From positions 1,017,133 through 1,081,132 of the forward strand of contig NMRA01000059.1 of the NCBI GenBank assembly GCA_002633005.1: a stretch of DNA of 64,000 nt. The letters are read 5' to 3'. Positions 29,168-43,416 of the stretch are shown here, piece after piece (positions within the stretch are counted from its first letter, which is position 1; the number at the start of each line of letters is the position of its first letter). This stretch comes from Phoronis australis (taxonomy: Eukaryota > Animalia > Phoronida). Both the position numbers and the translations under genes were made by a program. The notes under the pieces were generated by a model, which searched no databases, was not told the DNA's origin, and worked only from the letters and a program-made list of their open reading frames with translations.

Positions 29168-29990
29168 TAATAATAATAATTATAATTATAATAATAAACT
29201 TTATTTAAAAAGGATAAAAATACAATAAATGTAAAACATGCTTTAGCCAAAGGCTAATATCCAGCATGGTCCTCTGCAGCAAGAAATTAAATTAATTAAA
29301 TTAAATTATTTATTAAATTAAGTTAGATAAACAGATTAAATTAAGATACAATAAGATACATTAAATAAAATAGTATTTACAAATTGGATATACAAATTGA
29401 ATTAAAGATAACGAAAATAGAACCTTGTCACCTTAAGGAATATTTTAAGACCAGTTTTATTCAATTAAAACGACTTATTCGATTTTTGTTTTTAGCCTGC
29501 TAAAGGACCAGTTGTAGCTCATTTACATGAATCAAGCCCGTCTCACTGAAAGGTTCTAAAGTAACATTTCAACATTTTTTCGGTATAATTCTATTCAGGC
29601 TGTGGAAACAAAATCGTACCACGGACAGCACCCTTACCACGGACAGCACCCTTACCACGGACAGCACCCTTACCACGGACAGCACCCTTACCACAGACAG
29701 CACCCTTACCACGGACAGCACCCTTACCACAGAATCTAAACTGCAGCCATATTCAGGCACTTATTGCGGATAATTTTTAGTCCAACATGCCAAACTGCAG
29801 GACCCTATGTGTAGGAGTTGTTTCTGTATGCAAAACACATGACAATACTTCTTGTAACTGCACGCCGATACTCTAAGAATTTATCAACAATAAAAGTTAA
29901 ATGCTTATCCATAGCCAACTATAATACATATTTAAGTATTGATGTCTGTTATTTAAATCTGTAGATCTATAGAACTAATAAAAGTCACTG
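29168..29990 (-). mobile_element. Decayed 3' end of a non-LTR retrotransposon (CR1/L2-like)
   Basis: Minus strand reads LKYVL*LAMDKHLTF (compare the post-RT motif KYLG..LD..L.F) and PEYGCS, and ends in AATAAA followed by a (TTA)n-type tail. Contains stops. Confidence 0.5.
29617..29732. repeat. Minisatellite, about 6.4 x 18 bp, inside the LINE remnant
   Basis: Unit taccacggacagcaccct. Confidence 0.95.
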
Positions 29991-30054
29991 ATGTTGTTAG
30001 TGTTAACTCAAACTTACACTCTAGAGAGCAGTGGTGGTCTCTGGTGACCAGTTA

Positions 30055-30512
30055 CAAGATACCTAAACTACACGGTTAACCGGTTAACGGACTCATAATC
30101 ACGGTCACAGACGCACGAACAAGACTCACGTACCTGCAAACACCGTTCACTGACTCACAAACACGGGAACGGACTCACAAAACACGATCCATTCACCCAA
30201 ATACACGGGACACGGACTCACATTCACGAAGAAACACGGTTAACGGACCTCCAAACACGGTTCACGGACTCATCGGCTTCCTGGGTCCGCTGACATCTAC
30301 ATTTTGTCCGTACACTGTGTTTGGCGGTCCGTTAATCGTATTTCTTCGTGAATGTGTCTCCGTGTCCGGTGTATTTGGGTGAATGGATCGTGTTTTGTGA
30401 GTCTGTTCCCATGCTTGTGAGTCAGTGAAGGGTGTTTGCAGGTATGTGAGACGCGTTCATGCGTCCGTGACCGTGTTTATGAGTCCGTTAACCATGTAGT
30501 TTAGGTACGTTG
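30055..30512 (+). mobile_element. Foldback-type MITE with ~200-bp inverted arms and 5-bp TSD, copy 1
   Basis: CAAgaTACCTAAACTACA...TGTAGTTTAGGTAcgTTG; TSD agtta at 30050-30054 and 30513-30517. Confidence 0.88.
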
Positions 30513-33100
30513 AGTTAACGTATTGCACTATTTGTGCGTGGTAAGGGTCCCCTGTTTGTGTGCATACAACAATTTTTTTATGTGGAAAGTGTTTGTAGGG
30601 GGTGGTGTAGTGCTGGTCTCTTGTAAAACTTGTGCAGTGCCTGGTAAAGATTTGTTTTTCCTCCCTGCTGGGTCTGCATATAAGCCTATATTATCGTGCA
30701 AAGAGATTTCATCCATCCCAAATATTGTTGCATTTTTAATATGTCTAATTCCCTGTTGTTTATTAATTGGTCAAGGTCAGTTGAAAAACGGAATATACGT
30801 CAAGCTTTCATTAAGATACAAGTCCATTTCAAGTAAACCTTTGAATAGTTTGCGATGAATTAATACTTTGGGCATTTAAATTGAGTTCGATGATTGAAAA
30901 TTTGCTCATAACTCAGTTATATGCCCAATTTCTTTCGTTGTTAATTCTTTGAAAAACCTCGATGGTTAATGAAGAAATGATTACCAGAAGGCATTATAAT
31001 TGGTTTTCTGACAATTTCGTCTTGATTTAAAATGACTAATGTTTCTGCTCTTCTGTTCTTTTCTTTCGTTTTGAATATTCTCGTGAGAGCAATTTGCAAG
31101 CACTGTCACTGCCCGATGGTGCAAACAGGCTAATTAAAGGTTTGGTGATTTCCCATCTGAACAAAGTCAGGCTGAAAGCACTGTTGCCAGTGTCAGAGTT
31201 ACACTCTCCAGAGGCAGATCGGCTGTTGTAAAGTCCAGATACTTGTTAGTACAGGTGAATGACACGTGCAACAAAAATTGATATCTGCGCCACCTGATTG
31301 TTGTTCATACTTTGTGATACGTAAAATATACACGACATACTTAAAAAATCGTGATAGTTGAAGATATGGTTTTGAAAATGATTTGTTTGAAAATTTGGGA
31401 GTCAGTGGGTGGCTCTTTCCAAAGCAATGGTTAATACTCGAGGAGTTGTACTTTATTTGTAGGAGTTACTTACATATGCAAGTGTCAATTAAAACATATA
31501 AATAGAATAAAAAGCAATGTTCTGTTTATTCATTACTAATTAACAGATTTCAGGTCGTTTAGAGTTGAAATTCCCTGCCGATTCGCATTCACAAAGTCAT
31601 GACCATATAAGGAAATGTGAAGTCACAAGTGTATGAATTAATTAATTTAGGTGGTGTACTAAACATTGGTGTTATAAATATTGGTATTTGAGGCTGTGTG
31701 TTTAGTCGCACTGATAAGCCGAATGAGGTATTAGATACGGGCAAATACAGTAGTTAATTGTGCCAGTGGAGGTAGAACCTCCACTTTCATGCAAGCAATT
31801 CAGACCAGCATTTGTAGAAATGAATTTGAAAACATTCAGCCCGCAGTATTAGAGATTTATAGTTGCCAATTGTCCCACTGTTGGTGGGACCACTCCGCTT
31901 TTTGAAGCTTTGTCCCCGCAACAACATGAGATTGCCTCTCACTTTTTGCGATGTTATTTAGATGCTCACATCATTGTGTTAACGTCTAGCTGGATATTAT
32001 CATCATTTTATCACTGTCCTCATTTTGTTCCATTTCACTGGCAGGAGTTAAAAACACTGTTGGCATGATGTTTATTTATTTTCCTTCAAACTTTTTCCTC
32101 TTAAGGCACCTCAGATCTAAATGTGGTGGTTTTTCATTTTTGAAATATTGACAAAGAATTTAAAAATCATTACAACTACATAGATTTTTATCTCCAATAT
32201 TTCGCTTTAATTGCTAAAGCATTATAATTTAGCCAAAATCTGATTTAATGAATATTGACAACTATGAAATAAGTAATTGTGCAAGTTGACCTGGAGTGTG
32301 TTCCGTAGTTGGTAGACACTTACCAAAACCAAAACTCATGTGAGTAAAAAAGCGAGTGTTTCAGGAGTATGCTCGAATCTTAGGATACCTTAGCAATATG
32401 GAGGCTATTGATCAGTGACCTTGAAAAACTAAATTTCTCTTGTCCGCTATCACTATGGCTTAAATATGTGAAATTTTTAGAATTGGCTTCATCTTTTTCC
32501 TTAGATTTATAGTAATTACAACATTGTGGACAAAACTTTGTTCACTTATAATATGCACGAAACATAAGTCATGTCTACATTATAAGTTGCCCTTTGACAA
32601 CTAGCCCTCATTCAGCTGAGCGTGCATACTACACACCCATAATACACCTTGCTACAATATGGCACAGAGAGGGTTATATATCCTTGTATGTATGACACAT
32701 AATAAGTGTGAGGTGGTAATTACTTATGCCTTGTTGCCAGGTTTGCGTCCACATTGTGAGTTGTGCTGGAACAAGTTACCCTAGAACAAGTTATCCTACC
32801 TGGATGAGGTGCAAGTAGCATCCACACTATAGTCACGTCTACACGGGGACTTACCCTAAAACATGCTGCACTAACGCATCTTGCCCCACTTTGGGCAGAG
32901 TGTCCACACGCATGATTGATAATTAGCACTAGGTGGAAGTTGCCGTTCTGCACAGTCGCAGAAACTTGGAAAGTGAATGGACAAAGTATTTATAACCTGA
33001 AGCACGTACCTCGTAATTACTTCTGTTTAACCCCTGGCTTGCGACCACACAATAAATAGAAGTGATGCAAGTTACACCAGAACAAATTACCCTACCTTGA

Positions 33101-33290
33101 TAGGGTAAGTCTATGTGAGTACTTGTACTAGGGTAAGTCTATGTGAGGACTTGTACTATGGTAAGTCTATGTGAGTACTTGTACTAGGGTAAGTCTATGT
33201 GAGGACTTGTACTATGGTAAGTCTATGTGAGGACTTGTACTAGGGTAAGTCTATGTGAGGACTTGTACTAGGGTAAGTCTATGTGAGGAC
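33101..33290. repeat. Minisatellite, about 6.8 x 28 bp, each unit containing GG|GTAAGT or TG|GTAAGT
   Basis: Unit tagggtaagtctatgtgaggacttgtac at 33101, 33129, 33157, 33185, 33213, 33241 and 33269. Confidence 0.95.
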
Positions 33291-35031
33291 GTTACTGAAG
33301 TGTGGCAGTACCACTAAAACGTTTAGTTCTTGGTAGTGATGAGTGATTATAAGTAGATCAACCCAGGTAATAAGAGAATTGGGGTAGGGAGTGAGATTAG
33401 GTATTTGAAATAGGCTTACATCCATGTGCAAGTGGTTGAGTAAGGGCTACACATTAGTTATAAAGCACCTTTCACACCAACTCCAATGACGATGACATGT
33501 CAATGTTTTGGAAAAACATGTCAGTCAGGGTGAAAGGTTAACTGTGTAGTTAACAGGTGACTTTAGCAGTGGAATTTGTGTGGATGCTTCAATACAGTGT
33601 GAACAGTTAAGTTCGGTGTTGTGTAATTTTAAAGCTGTATGCTCCTAACTATGCTAACCTATAGCAGAAACTAAACAACAATGCTATTTGAAGATCATCT
33701 ACGCTAAACAAAGTGCAGCTGTATTCACTGACAACTTGTAAATATGAAAACAAAAATTCTGCAAACAGGTGATCTTTGCACTAATGACGTACCTTGGGGA
33801 CTCACGTAGCCTGCATCAAGCAGTGTTATTCCCCAACGCCATGTCACAATATTTGCTGGACACAGTTGAGTGGTTTACAGCGAATTATTTTTGACACAAA
33901 ACTCAGTCTCAAAAACATTTGGCAATTTTCAAAGTATTTCATATTCAAATCATTACTGTGTTGCATCTCTAACTATTTTGACCAAGTAATCGCAGAGATA
34001 AGGAATTAGCGTGCAAGTGCCACTTTAAAGGGCATTAAGTGTCACTGTCAATGAGGACATTTGTGTATCATGTAATGATACGTTAATCAAACTCTTATTT
34101 TTCGTTCTGCCATTCTAAGAACTTCATCTAAACATAAATTTTTTTCTTACGGTATTTAAAAAATTGCATGTATGTAACATTTTCACATGCCATTTTAGGA
34201 TTATTTCCATGACCTGAGTTTCAGCAAGCGATAAGTTCTTTGTCCATTTACTACTGAAGCTTGTCTGAAAATAAAAATGCCTTAAATGTATTTCATAGCC
34301 CCTTGTGCATGTAAAACTTGCTCTATGGCTGAGCACTAGTCTCATATTATCTTGGGTCATATTACATATCAACTATAGTCAGTGTTGTAGGTTATTAAAG
34401 CACATTGTCATACTCAGTGTTTGAAAGTCATAGACCTGTTTTAGGTGTGTGAATGCAGTTCTTAGAAAACTTCAAGACTAGAAATCTCTTGGTTTTGTGA
34501 TTATGTTACCACGTAGTTATGACAAATCATTTAGGCGCATCCAACAATATCAGATATAAGGCGTTTTTCCAAGAAAAACCTTTTGACCCGTGCAGTTCGC
34601 ATCTCATTTTCTTTGTAAGCCAACAATAGCACATTATCTTATTTAGGTTCTATATAGATTCTATTTAGATCTGGTCAGATTATCTCCACATCAGATGCAG
34701 TATTTCCAAACAAAAGCATGGCATCACATTCCAATCTCGGGAATCAATAGCAATGACAAGCGACCATTTCGGCTTTTGATAACATCTTGAATGCTTCCCT
34801 TTCTGTAAATTGTCAGTTTGATGAACTATTTTTTGTGGACTTGTGAAATATCTTTGATTTACATGGCATGTTGTTTGGCAGTTCTAGGGGAGCCAAGTCG
34901 TGGATGAGACAGTCTCGCCACCTGGTGATTGGTTTGCATGTGGTCATATCTGCATGAGCTTCCCTAAAATTGGGTGTTTTGTGCATTTTTTGTACATTCG
35001 TTTTTACTTATCGTTTTATGAATTAATGATG

Positions 35032-35214
35032 ATGTCACATTGAAAAAAATCTTCGCGTGCAGCGCTACCTTGCGATAACTTAGATGACGTCAGCGTCACC
35101 AACCCTTTACTTCAATGGTCATTAACTACCGAAGCCAGTATGAACGGTCCAGTTAATTGCGCTGTTTACGTCGACGCTCCCTCAGACCGGAGTTAAGTCA
35201 ATATGAAAGGGCCT
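35032..35214 (+). mobile_element. Family H MITE 3' fragment
   Basis: tgtcacattgaaaaaaatctt...gcgctaccttgcgataactt...ggagttaagtcaatatgaaagggcc|tta. Confidence 0.7.
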
Positions 35215-36616
35215 TACGGTAAACTATAAAGATTAACCTCGTAAAACGATTTTTTGTATAATAGAAACTATAGTATTTGATTTTTGATATGATATCAGCC
35301 TGCCATTAATTGATTTCTTGCAAAATTTTGCGCAAAAGAAAGTTAAATTTATGTAGGATTCCAAATTATTGTAAATTCTTAAGTGTTTTCTAGAGCCTCT
35401 GGTGGTATTAGGCAGTGCATAGGTATTCCATTTTTGAATATGTGTTTTAAGGTTGGCCAAGCCCTAAAAACCCGGGAGAGTCTTATTGAGTCCCTGATGG
35501 TTTTGTTCTTGTTTGAATCTTATTTTATGAAAAAAAGCCCAATTGGATTTTCATTTTTAGCCAGCTAAGGTAGAGCAAAATTCAGCAATATGAAAATCAA
35601 TGATCAATTATTTTGCAGAGTTCCCTAGTTTATATTTTTGGATAAAGTTTTTGTTCTACTGTACAACCTGTCTGCTGTCAATATACAACCTGTTCATTGG
35701 CTGAATTGAGCTGCCTTCCTGGGTTATGTAACCAATTCTTGCCATATTGTTTATAGCAAACAAAATGTCCTACCAACCTATCAGGTTAGCAACTATTATT
35801 TCCCAGTATCTCAGTTGTGGGAGTGATTATTGGGGGGAATGTGAAATTGATTATTTGCTCATTCATAGTAATAGGACTTCCTGGATTATAAGGTGATAGA
35901 ACTTTCCTTTGTACTGGAGATAAGAAAGCGTGTGACCTGGTTTTGGAAATCAGGCACTTCTTCCGTGTTGGGAGGCAAAGAACTTCACATCACATATCTA
36001 TAGTTATTTGCCCAGTTTATCAAACTTTCTGACGTCGGAGTTGCAACCCACAGCACAGCAGTAATACTCTGTTGGCATTGGAAATACGAATAGAGTAATG
36101 CAAGTGAGAAAAAACTTGTAAAGAATCAGACAACAAATAACGTGAAACTCCAAAAGTGCCTGACGGATGTTTACAGCATTGTGGGTAAATACAGCATTGT
36201 GGGTAAATACAGTGGGATTCCAGTGTGACTGTGTAATCCGGGATGGCCCTATTTCTTGACCAGGTCAAGTGCACTCACGGCTCTTTGGTTAATTTCCACC
36301 AGAATCCTGATAAATAATAATTAGCTTTTATGAGTCACTATCAATAAATTAAGCCAACCATGTTGTTTTCATCTATTTGGGCTTGCACCTTGTGCATTGA
36401 CTATCAAGGTGAAAATAACTGAACTTGCATTAAACTTCGGGGGGGGGGGGGGCTACATAGATGTTGAAGCCAATATTGATTAGAATATAATTTCACAGTT
36501 ATCTTTGAATTTGTGACTACAGGCCTTTAGTGTGGCTCATGAGACCTTTTTTTCACTGTCCAGTTATACTGAAATGGTTAAATCTCATCACCTAAAGGCG
36601 AAACTCACAAAAACTC

Positions 36617-36752
36617 AAGATCACATGTGACTTTGTTGGTTATCGCCGTGCATTATAAATCCAAGATTATGTGTGACTTTATGAGATATCGCCGTGCATT
36701 ATAAACATAAGATTACACATGACTTTGTAGGATATCGCTTTGCATTATAAAC
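36617..36752. repeat. Degenerate tandem repeat, 3 x 46 bp
   Basis: aagat.a...gtgacttt.....tatcgccgtgcattataaa at 36617, 36663 and 36709. Confidence 0.8.
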
Positions 36753-37307
36753 AAAGCACGTAATCACTCTAATTTTACTCGATAAATTCTTGCATCTGTA
36801 ATGAAATGAAAGCCATGTTTATAGAATGTCTTCATGTTTTCAGTGATGTCAACGGTTGTTTATGAGCTGACAACCATACCACAATGCATTTGAAAAATAA
36901 TCGTCAGCGTTGCTATTTAAGTTTTGTCATACATGAAATCCTAAATGCTGACTTTGTTAGTTTTGTATGAACTGAACATTCCATACTGCCCAATTGCTGA
37001 TGCCTTTTATTGCAGGTACCATGATGAATATACTGAATCTCCATCATCTATCCATTAAGCTTGCTTCAACTGAATGTGTCAGTTTGCCTGATCTTCTGTT
37101 CCTAAATTTGTTTTACAGACTCCAATTCATTTTCATTTTATGGCTTTTGTATCTTTTTCCAGATACCATTGTGATGCTGTAATGATAGGCAGTGGGCTAG
37201 CTTAGCGATCTACTCACGTCTGATGCAATGTGTATCCACAACTTGCACTATTTTTGAAGCTGTTTAGCAGTACAAAGCTGATGACCAGTGTCTTGTTTCT
37301 CTTCCAG

Positions 37308-37398
37308 CTTTATGATGGTCCTGGTCTGCCTAATATTTAGTGTGTTGTCCACAATAGATCAGTACGATTCTTTTGCAAATGAAACGTTGTTCTGGATG
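37308..37398 (+). CDS. KCNQ1: KCNQ1-like exon 2a (S1, S1-S2 loop, start of S2): [30 protein letters not shown]
   Basis: Acceptor tcttgtttctcttccag, 91 nt, phase 2 to 0, donor ATG|GTAAGT. Matches human exon 2 [30 protein letters not shown]. Not shown in the ORF track. Confidence 0.93.
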
Positions 37399-38071
37399 GT
37401 AAGTCCCATTGGTAGATTGTAGTTGGTGGTAGAGGAGATTGAGCAATCAAAATGTGCTGACGTTCTGTTACAAACAAAATGACCTCACCTGCCAAGAGTA
37501 TCACTGGATGTCCAGCTATTCATTCTTATTGAAGCTTTGTCGAAATCGGAGATAGTCACTTACAGGTATTGTGAGAACCAATTTGACGCCCATTATTCAG
37601 TGGACTGGTTCTCAAACGCGGGGACCCCAAAAAGTGACAACTTTGAAATTGATGTTTGTTGTAAGCATGATATGCCCGCAAAAACCAAAATTTTGTCTCC
37701 TTACAGAAAAATGTATTTTTTGTTCTAAGCAACCTAATATGTGACATTAAGTTTGTGGAAGATTTCAAAGACAGGTGTATTAAACACAAATACTGCCTTT
37801 TCAAAACTTCAAACATTGACATGTGTTTTGGTTACACAGATTAACGTGAAGGTCAGCACATTTTCTTTGCAGTACCAATTGAACCAACTGAATGTAGACC
37901 GTCGTCTGCCTCTCTGTGTCACCGCATGCCTCTGTTGTCTTCTCCATCTTTGTAGTCTGCACCTTGCTCTGATGCATGCACAAAACTGCCTCTCATAAGC
38001 CATGTTTACACGAGAGACTGCTGACCCTGTCACAGCTGCTCCAGTGCAAGTGTGTGTCAACACAACTGACA

Positions 38072-38112
38072 CGGTGCGGTGCGGTGCGGTGCGGTGCGGT
38101 GCGGTGCGGTGC
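38072..38112. repeat. (CGGTG)8 microsatellite
   Basis: Directly visible. Confidence 0.95.
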
Positions 38113-38918
38113 ATGCGAGTGACACTGTGGCGGCCAGTTTTGACACGGTTTGATAAGCAGAGCCAGTTACACTCTATGAGTTGCTTCAGTGTCAACTATG
38201 TCTGAGCACAACTGTGGCAGGGTGGAAATGGTTTATCTTTCAATGCGCTTGCACAATAGCGTATATTCGGTGATGAGCCGGGATTCCAAGTGGTGTGGAC
38301 ATTTGCAACGGTTTATGGGAGCATGCGCAGACAGTCTTCGTGTAAGTGACGTGGTGATCCAGTTTGCAATGTTATGTTGTGTAAATGCGCCTAAAGTGGA
38401 GCAAGTCGTGCCGTGACTACTGACACGGTGACAACGGTCTCTCGTGTAATAGCGGTTATAGATGCTGGTGTGTGACTGAGAATCAATCTCCACCAATTTC
38501 AAAGCACATGCAGTTGTGGCCTTAGCAATTGTTTACAGCTCCTGCTATTTTGTAACCGACGTTCACCGTGACCATAAAAAACCAAACAAATTCATTTTGG
38601 CTAATCTCATTCAAATTCTTAAAATTGTGTAAGAATAATTGGGAGTTATGGAGCATTTTGATGAAGCTTGCTTTGCGTAACAAGAAGGCATCATACTACT
38701 TGTAGGCATTCCTCTATCTTCTGCTATCTGCTCGTTATCTGTTATCCGTCTCAACCTCCTTAGCGTTCATTTACAGCTTCTGCTACGTATTGTTTCTGTG
38801 GTGTTGAATTGGACCCAGACCTACGGTTTCTGTCGTTTGTTATGTGGCCATCTTTCTTTTACTTCTTTTATATCTTTCAGTACAAATGTATTGTTCGTTT
38901 TTTGCCATAATCTCCATG

Positions 38919-39108
38919 AAATTACTTTGGTCACATCTCACAGACGTTGTGATTGGACAGGAATAAATTACTTTGGTCATATCTCACAGACGTTGTGATT
39001 GGACAGGAATAAATTACTTTGGTCATATCTCACAGACGTTGTGATTGGACAGGAATAAATTACTTTGGTCATATCTCACAGACGTTGTGATTGGACAGGA
39101 ATAAATTA
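38919..39108. repeat. Minisatellite, 4 x 46 bp
   Basis: Unit aaattactttggtcatatctcacagacgttgtgattggacaggaat at 38919, 38965, 39011 and 39057. Confidence 0.95.
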
Positions 39109-42100
39109 GTTCATGATGAGCATTTGAGAAAATCTGTCAGTTTTTTAAAATTCCATATCAGCTTACAATGCGAATTTTTAGTCAAACCTATAACAAAAAT
39201 GTATGCGCATCTTTTCCCATCTATTAAGACGCTCTAATTCACTATCAAAAAACTGTAATGTTTAAAGGTATATTGAGTGTTTTTAGTTAAAATAATCATT
39301 AGCTTGCGACATCCCATTTCACGCAATATTGCAAGTGTTATAGAAAAAGCACTAATTAAGGAAAGAAATTCTAAAGCAATAAATGTCAATTTCGTTGATC
39401 TTCCTTCGAGGATACCACACATATCACGTGGGTTATTATACTCTCTGTTGTAATTTCATTTCTGGTATTGCCCATTTCCTTATTATGACTTGTTGACACA
39501 AAGTGAATGTGGCTAGAAATGCTTGGAGCTGTTACTCCTGAGGCACGATTCAACATGAGATTCGTTGTCCTTACCTATTAACCTTGACTGGGGAAAATGT
39601 TTATTTTCTCCAGATAAATCGCCCTTATTGTCGATCAGCGTCTATTGTCGCATTATTTTCCCTGTTCACCTCAGTGCACTGATTTTCAAAATGGTGGTCA
39701 AGTTAATGAATATGGCATCGACCACCAGTCATCTCTGGTTGCTGATTCGTCAAGTGCCACCATTATCCAACGGAAATGTGGAATGTAAAATGCTGATGTC
39801 ATCAATTCTTGTGATTCTCTTGTGAAATCTCACCAATTCTGACAAAAATAATTGTCAAAATTGGTCCTTGTTTGTTTTTCAAAGGCTTCTAAAATTGTTG
39901 TGAATCACCAAAATTTCTTAGAATCATTGTCAAATGATAGCTATGGTATAGATCTTTAAAAATGACATCAATAATTAGGTATTTAACCAAGCAAAAAAAC
40001 AAAATTTCAGTTGCCCGCCATGTTGTGTCCAAATTGGTGTGATCATACCGTACATAGCGCCCTCTCTGATGCTGCTCTATTTTCCCACCATGGTGTGCAT
40101 CTGTAATGGAGGTGCCCCAGAGTACTACGCTGCAGCTGCTTTGCTAATCACTGTTCAAATTACATTCAGTGTAAGCTTTCCATTCATCAATTCAATGTCG
40201 ATAAAAAGTTTTTCTCAGTGTTCCTTTGTAAAGGAGACATTAACATTTTTGAAAAGTTGAGCGACGCATTGGCTCTAGGTCTATTCTATAACCCGTTTTT
40301 GTACCTCCACAAAAGTGGACAGTTGAATCTAGATGTAGTGATAGAACGAATTTTGAGATCAATAAGTGATGCTCATTAAATTAAACCACTCATTGGTGCA
40401 GTTTTAAGTTGAATACATCTGCACATGGCTATCCCTTGATTACAATGAGAAGCCCTTAATTATAGAAATAATCTCCCCTGTGTCAAAAGTTAATGCATTG
40501 TTATGATGTTTTTTTGATGAATGGCTTCGAAATTGGTTTTATTTTTTTCTTCACGCTTTTTCATGATTTCCAGTAGTTGAGCATTGTTTGTGTTTGTCTT
40601 GTTAGAAGTGTAATCTCATTTCCATTAACATCTAAACTGCTCGTTTTAAAAATGATATTAATTAAACATGGTCTCATGTCATTTCATGTTTCATCTACTT
40701 TAAGCTACGGTTTCTGTGTTATTTTATTTCCATCCTGTAGCCGCAACTTTTTATCCGTCTCAAATATCAGTTAAATATTCTATTGAATACCAATGTGTTT
40801 GAAAACTGAGACTCAGCTAATGTGGGTTATTTTATCATGATTACATTTATGATCTCATTTGTCACAAACGGTGCCAAAATGTGACAAGACTATTAGTCTT
40901 CAATAACCATCGTATTAAATGTTCAGCGTTTTCAGCCAATCAGATTGCATGTTACATAGTTTAAATTGACTGAATTGTTTAGACAGGCTTTTTCAAAGCT
41001 AGGTTCATTTTGATTTTTAGTTCATTTTTGTCTCCAACATAAAAATATTTACTTCTAATTTCTCAGGTCTCCTTCACCCTAGATTCTTATAAGTTGATGA
41101 TTAATTGTATTTGAAATTTTGATATGCTATACTTGAAATTTAGGAACCCGAACGGTAAAATCACCTTCACAGATGATGTGGGTTCTTACTGTTGCATTTG
41201 TGACCACCTGTTTCCCTTAGGCTAGATTTTATCTCAATTGATTTTTTGTTCATCAGTGTTAATTCGTATGAGAAGTGTGCATCACAACAAGTACCTGTAC
41301 ACCTGGGGTGTTATACACACCAGTAAGCAAGTAAGGCCGTGTGTAATAAAAAGTTTGCAGAAGGTAATCTTCAGTTACAGAACGGACTGCTTGATGCTGG
41401 TGTAAACATTCAGTATTTAGGACTGTCTTTGTCCATCCGCAAGCAACACAATGTTGTTGGCACAATACCTCAACAAAGAAGCTTTAAACTTTGTTCATAT
41501 TTTGTGTCCGGAGCAACACCAGGTCCTAATCAATAATGGTGACCTTGACATGACAATTAATTTGAAGGTCACAGCAGAAAATCAAGTTTCAGCTTGGGGG
41601 AAATGTTATTGGAGTGATTTCTGAAGGATGAAGCTTCTGATCATGTTCAAATTTTGTTTTAGTCGGGGCATTTCCAGTCGTCAGTCAAATTAAGCGTCCT
41701 TGACCTCTTGACCTTGTTATCAAGGTCATCATAAGAGATTTTAAGAGTTCTAGTTGGAATTTGCTGTCATTGCAATGCCTCAGGAAAGAAGCTTTACATG
41801 TGGTTAATATTACACACTGTTGTGAGATGGGGCATCCACACGCATCACAATGTTTTGGCAACCTTGACTTTGTTTTCAAGGCCAAAGCAAGAAATTTTTA
41901 TAACCATTTTACTGGGAAAATCTTTTGGCACGGTGGGGTTTATCTTCTCATCCAAATAACCAGTGGAGAGATGCTGCCACTTATACACAATTCATTCCAA
42001 TGCAATACTCACCCAGGGCAATAGGGAAAACGGGGTTGCCCAAGACAATTATGATGAGAATTGCTACTGAGTTAATCTTTTCTGTGGGACATCCCCTGTG

Positions 42101-43416
42101 GTCTTGAGCCAGAAAAGTAAATAAGTTAAGGGCTCTCATGGAAAGCAACACTGACTGGCGATGATTTTAGGCCTTTTGATTTTGAGTGCAGACGATATAC
42201 TCTACATAATGTCTACACTTATCCGCTGGACAACCTTTATTGCTGCATGATGGCAAAAGTATTGTCCAAGTGTGGAAACATGATATTCAGTGGCGTGTTA
42301 CTTTTATTCCATGGAGCCCCCTCATCTGTGCTGTTTGCAAGTTGTCCAAGATAAACAGCTTCTGTGTGGTGGACCTTCCACATCTGGCAAAGATGAATTG
42401 CTTGTAATATATCCTCCCTTATGGTTTGTTATCACTTGTTTATGAGTCTGGCCTCCTAATGATAACCTGCTCTGGTGACGGCTCCCTCACCGTTTGTTTT
42501 TTATTTCCAAGTCAAAAGAGTGATACTTTCAGCCAATCCTACATGGAGTTGCTCCTGTTTACTGTACTATGAATGTGTTACACTATATGCCCTAGGGGGA
42601 CCAGCATCACTCATGTCACAGTTGAAATGTATCATGAGTATATAGAATGTTTCCTGTAAATTATGTTGGTATGGAAAGTGGCCCCAATTTTGTTCAACTG
42701 GTCTTCAAGACTGAGGGTTTCTGTTAATTTATGGAATGCTGCTGGAGAGTTCTTGAAAAATCGTGATATTTTCAAAATCAAAATACCCCGTAGTTTGGCA
42801 GTAGCCTCTCCTATAGATAAAATTTGTTGAACACACAACAGTGTTCACGTTTAATAATTTTCAACGATATTCCCTCGTATCTTTGAAGGTTGTTCGCAGT
42901 GCAACAACTGCCAAGAGACATAAGAAAATTAAAGATTAAAACGACAGCTATATTTTTGAGACTGTCAAATACCGTTAAAATTATTGATTGTGAACAATTT
43001 GTTGCGTGTTCAATAAATTTTGTTCTTTTCATAAACTTTTGTTTATGTTGAGGTAAATTTGGTTACCCCAGCAATTAAGGTCTGTTGGATAAAAAGTGGT
43101 TGTTTGTGAACACCTGCACCCCATTATGCATATTGCTAAATTTGACCGAACGAACGCGGTCTATCCTTGTAATGCGGTCTATCCTTGTAATGCAGTCTAT
43201 CCTTGTAATGTTTGATCTTAATTGTTATTAAAGCCATTTCTGTGTTAATAATGATTGCTGAAAAAACTACAGTCGAGTATTACTAAGGTAAATCACATTT
43301 TACTAATCTTAGTTGAGACAATAACCTTTTTAAACATTGATTTTCAAGCTTTGGAAAATATTTACTATTGGTTACCATTGCTAAGGGAGCTTGAATAGGT
43401 GTGTTGGTTGTTAATA

